Shown here: in pieces, positions 59,511 to 64,000 of the stretch
Numbering within the stretch: position 1 is the stretch's first letter
Layout: each line of letters begins with the position of its first letter
Assembly: GCA_002269645.1 (NCBI GenBank)
Contig: NIVC01000126.1
Span: 959,629-1,023,628, forward strand
Length of the DNA stretch: 64,000 bases
Direction: 5' to 3'
DNA from: Macrostomum lignano
Lineage: Eukaryota
Translations under genes and position numbers: made by a program
Notes under the pieces: model-generated
Told to the model about the DNA's origin: nothing
Databases searched by the model: none
The model's input: the letters and a program-made list of their open reading frames with translations, nothing else

Positions 59511-62500
59511 TCAAAACATGAAAAAGGCCAGCGCTAGACAAGCCAGCAAAGCCACCGAGCAAATCAGCAGAATCCACTGCCAGTCCGGTGGCAGCTGGCT
59601 CAGCCGGAATCTCAGCAGCATCCGCAGGACAGCGCAATCTCTTGACTACTATCAGTAGCAGAGTCTAACACTACAGGCGGCGCCGCCGGTTCGCATGGCA
59701 ACGTGTGCGACGCTAAAATACGACCATCTTTAGCGTCGACAACAGCGACGCGACTGTTGCCAATGGCAACAACAACAGTTAACTGGTTTCGATTGGACTT
59801 GACTTGCCAGCCAATCAATACGGGCCGCTGTCGCCGCTGCCGTCCCAGGCGCGACTCGTGGCCACGCGCACAGCGAAGCTGATCGCCGATGCTCTTGAAA
59901 GTGAACCCACCGCCGATGCCGACGTGAGCCGATAAGATGCCGTCGCCGGACAGGATGACAACAATGCGACTGCGACTTGGGAAAACCTGGATTATTGGAA
60001 TTAGAAAAGAATTGAAATATAAAAATATTTTGAATCCCACAGTTTACTGAAGCCACCTGTTCACAAACTGAAGCGTCCTCTTGTGAAACTATGTAAAGCT
60101 GTTTTTTTGGAAACAGTTTTTGAAAACTAGAAACTGTTTCTTGGAAACAAACTAGAGGCTGCTTCTTGGAAACAAACTAGAAGCTAGTTCGTGGAAACTC
60201 GAAGCACTTTCGTGGCAACAACACTAAATCTGTTTCTAGGAAAAAACTAAAAGCTGTTTCTTGGAAAAAAAACTAGAAGCTGTTTCTTGGAAAAAAAACT
60301 AGAAGCTGTTTCTTGGAAAAAAACTAGAAGCTGTTTCTTGGAAACAAACTAGAAGCTGTTTCTTGGAAACAAACTAGAAGCTGTTTCTTGGAAACAAACT
60401 AGAAGCTGCTTCGTGGAAACTCGAAGCACTTTTGTGGAAAAAACACTAAATCTGTTTCTTGGAAAAAAACTAGAAGCTGTTTCTTGGAAAAAAACTAGAA
60501 GCTGTTTCTTGGAAAAAAACTAGAAGCTGTTTCTTGGAAAAAAACTAGAAGCTGTTTCTTGGAAACAAACTAGAAGCTGTTTCTTGGAAACAAACTAGAA
60601 GCTGTTTCTTGGAAACAAACTAGAAGCTAGTTCGTGGAAACTCGAAGCACTTTTGTGGAAAAAACACTAAATCTGTTTCTTGGAAAAAACTAGAAGCTGT
60701 TTCTTGGAAAAAAACTAGAAGCTGTTTCTTGGAAAAAAACTAGAAGCTGTTTCTTGGAAAAAAACTAGAAGCTGTTTCTTGGAAACAAACTAGAAGCTGT
60801 TTCTTGGAAACAAACTAGAAGCTGTTTCTTGGAAACAAACTAGAAGCTGCTTCGTGGAAACTCGAAGCACTTTTGTGGAAAAAACACTAAATCTGTTTCT
60901 TGGAAAAAACTAGAAGCTGTTTCTTGGAAACAAACTAGAAGCTAGTTCGTGGAAAAAAACTAGAAGCTGTTTCTTGGAAAAAAACTAGAAGCTGTTTCTT
61001 GGAAACAAACTAGAAGCTGTTTCTTGGAAACAAACTAGAAGCTGTTTCTTGGAAACAAACTAGAAGCTGCTTCGTGGAAACTCGAAGCACTTTTGTGGAA
61101 AAAACACTAAATCTGTTTCTTGGAAAAAACTAGAAGCTGTTTCTTGGAAACAAACTAGAAGCTAGTTCGTGGAAACTCGAAGCACTTTCGTGGAAACAAC
61201 ACTAAATATGTTTCTAGGAAAAAAGTAGAAGCTGTTTCTTGGAAAAAAACTAGAAGCTGTTTCTTGGAAAAAACTAGAAGCTGTTTCTTGGAAAAAACTA
61301 GAAGCTGTTTCTTGGAAACAAACTAGAAGCTAGTTCGTGGAAACTCGAAGCACTTTCGTGGAAACAACACTAAATCTGTTTCTAGGAAAAACTAGAAGCT
61401 GTTTCTTGGAAAAAACTAGAAGCTGTTTCTTGGAAAAAACTAGAAGCTGTTTCTTGGAAAAAACTAGAAGCTGTTTCTTGGAAAAAACTAGAAGCTGTTT
61501 CTTGGAAAAAACTAGAAGCTGTTTCTTGGAAACAAACTAAAAGCTGTTTCTTGGAAACAAACTAGAAGCTGTTTCTTGGAAACAAACTAGAAGCTAGTTC
61601 GTGGAAACTCGAAGCACTTTCGTGGAAACAACACTAAATCTGTTTCTTGGAAACGATCTCAATGCTATTCTTAGAAACAACACCAGAATTGTTTCTTGGA
61701 AACTCGAAGCCGTTATGTAAAAACAGCATCAAAGCCGTTTCTTGGAATCTATTCCGAACTCGTGCGAAAATCTTGCGATAGTCTTTCTTGGAAAATGTCC
61801 TGACTAACCTCTTCAAAAATTATCTCAAATCTTTGCCGTAAAACAATATTCTCTCACCAAGCAGGTGTCCCAGCAAGTCTCTCCAACCGCCCTGCTGTCC
61901 CGGCGGTGTCGGCAGCAGCAGAGGCACCGCCGGCGTCAAACCAGCCGTCGTCGACTCCTCAACCGATTCGCACAGATTCTCAAACCGACGCACCCTATCG
62001 GGCCGATCTTCAACGCTGGCCGCCTCGGCTGTGCAATTCGGTCCCAAGCCGACTCGAATAGCTCGTCGTCTCGACTGTCAACAATGTCGTAGGCTCCCGC
62101 CGGCCGTCGAGTAGAAGCCGGTGAAGCCTGACTCCGCTGCTCGGATCGTAGAGATCGATGGAGTCGCCAAGCGAAGTGCCTTAGAGAATTGTACATCTGG
62201 GAGAATTAATACCCATTGAGCATTATAGAACAAGGAACATAACGCAACCCACCAACTGTTTTCCAACAGTTGCCAGTCTCAATCGCAATGGCATTCTTCC
62301 CATTCCAGCATCCGCTCCTATGTCAGGCAGCTGGCCAGCACTCGATGCGGCCAGCTAGCCAGGGTTCTAAGCGACGTCTTCAGCGGCTGCCGATCAAGGC
62401 CAACTAGCCAGCCATCTCCAGCGTGGCTGATCCAAGCCATCTCATTCAGCTCCGGCTGCTTGCCATGCTCACCTGTAAATGGGAAACGATTTTTCTACAG

Positions 62501-63080
62501 GATGTTAGATTTTTCTAGGTTAATGCGGGCGACATTTTTCGGCGGTGTGAAAATTTAACTAGTCAAATTTTTATTCGTCTACTTTTCTCAGTAGTCTAAA
62601 TTGAATCTTTTACATGGAGATTGAAAGAGAGGTGGCCCTTACAAGGGCCGTTTTTCGCCGTTAAATAAGCTGCGATCGGCAATTCAAGGATTAAAAAGTA
62701 ATTAAGCTCTTTTAGAGGAATGATTATTCTAAATGCCAAGATTCGTTTACTTTTTTCCTTAGGTTTTGCCTAAAATAATTAATTAGAACTTACAAATTAT
62801 TTACCTTTAAGCTTATTCGCACTATTAAATTGAGCAGGCACCGGAGTCAATAGAAACTGCTTAGCAACAAAATCTGCATTGGCTTCACCATCAAGATCGA
62901 AATAGGCTGTGGGCACCAGCTCCCAGTCAGACTGATGCTCACTAGCTAAACGATATGCAAATGCAGCAAATAATATGCAGGCAATTTGTAATTTTGACAA
63001 ATAGCTGCGTTTGCTGGCTGACTCTGCTGGCGCTGGGTGGCCTGTGTTGGCATTGATGACAGTCGCTGCTGATGCCTTGA
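59511..63080 (-). pseudogene. FG-GAP-repeat membrane protein (Arabidopsis NERD1/At3g51050-like) with multiple frameshifts; pseudogene or assembly error
   Basis: Exon-like blocks ~63080-62805, 62472-62253, 62179-61858, 59986-59511 with GT/AG ends. N-terminal KRSYLSKLQIACILFAAFAYRL, DSIDLYDPSSGVRLHRL, LASHTLPCEPAAPPVVLD and a C-terminal TM WQWILLICSVALLACLALAFFMF* that needs a frame change at 59622-59623. Family match is from memory of homolog sequences. Confidence 0.62.
60110..61700. repeat. 25-bp minisatellite with ~220-bp higher-order repeat
   Basis: TTTCTTGGAAAAAAACTAGAAGCTG units; marker GTGGAAACTCGAAGCAC at 60191, 60413, 60634, 60854, 61074. Confidence 0.95.
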
Positions 63081-63345
63081 CCTTCTATTAGATCCCTGCT
63101 GCTGGTGCACAGTTTCCATAAGAACACATGAAAAAGTTAAGTTAACAGCATAGAGAATACATTAAATAGCTGTCAATAAAGACAGAAGACTGCAAGCAAA
63201 TTTATTGATAGATCTAATACTTAAGGATTGTTAGGTAAAAAAATGTTTGTTCCTGTTATCCTGTGCAACTATGCACTTGAAATAAAAGTTTACCTAAGTT
63301 ATAAAAAATTTATTCATATGCTTTTTAGATTACTCTAATAGGGGA

Positions 63346-63390
63346 TCTACTTCTCTATCTTCTATACATATAAAAATGAAAACTGGTCAG
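63346..63390 (+). mobile_element. Possible Helitron-like 5' terminus of a different family
   Basis: A|TCTACTTCTCTATCTTCTATACATATAAAAATGAAAAC resembles the 5' end at 44765; no matching 3' end found. Confidence 0.35.
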
Positions 63391-64000
63391 GTTGGTAAAG
63401 ACAGAAGTAGGCAGAAGTTGGGGGTTGGTTGTCTTGCTAAAATGAAAAGTAGCTTTAAAAAGGCGATAGTATTATTTAAGAATAACTTCAAGAAAGACTC
63501 AATTGCACTTTTTATCACTTTTTCACTTTAGATAAAAAGACTTTAATTTAGGAAAATTAAAGATAACCTATGATGTTCTTTGTAGTCAGTTTAGAGCAGG
63601 CACAAAATTGGATATCATTAGTTAGGTTGTTTTGGAGTTCAAAGTAATGCAACTTTATATAGACATATATAGTCAGTGTATTTATATATGTATCTATAGA
63701 TCTATAGATTATACATAGATATATATAATTTCATAGAATAGGCCTATAATCTACTTCAGTAATAGCCATTTTGGTAACAGCCATTTTGGTAACAAAGCAG
63801 ATTTATAACTACTGATGCTATACTTTATGGTAATTAACTTAGGCAACTATTCCAGTTTAATAATTAACATTTTAACTATTTTATTGCCAATTATAGTTTA
63901 AGTTTCTAGTTAAACTAAATTATAATTTGTTTAAATTTGTATATTAACTTTGTAAAAAATTAAGGTGGCAAATGTAGCCATATATTCCAGAGTTTAAATT

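Overview
Eukaryotic (metazoan) genomic DNA with GT-AG introns. Gene style and satellite-filled introns resemble a free-living flatworm such as Macrostomum; this is an inference, not a database match. I assembled eight protein-coding loci by hand from splice sites and reading frame. On +: two tandem TRPM-like channels (copy 1 is 5'-truncated by the window and has a 1-bp frameshift; copy 2 is complete with N-terminal ankyrin repeats). On -: a run of NOA1, a Myb/SANT-like gene, PLOD and an ENT/SLC29 transporter. Then RPS15A (+) and a frameshift-riddled FG-GAP/NERD1-like gene (-). Most longer introns and spacers hold their own minisatellite, and most long ORFs in the supplied track are artefacts of these repeats. 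Mobile DNA: two copies of a tRNA-derived SINE plus a diverged relative, two hAT-like non-autonomous elements, a Tc1/mariner-like MITE, and an inverted pair of ~3-kb Helitron-like elements in a CpG-poor 14-kb region. The most unusual observations are: a 294-bp hAT-like MITE in the RPS15A intron carrying a 64-nt 28S rRNA fragment altered at the R2/I-PpoI target site; the ankyrin+TRPM channel pair with apparent gene conversion of the pore module; and a minimal hammerhead-like motif.
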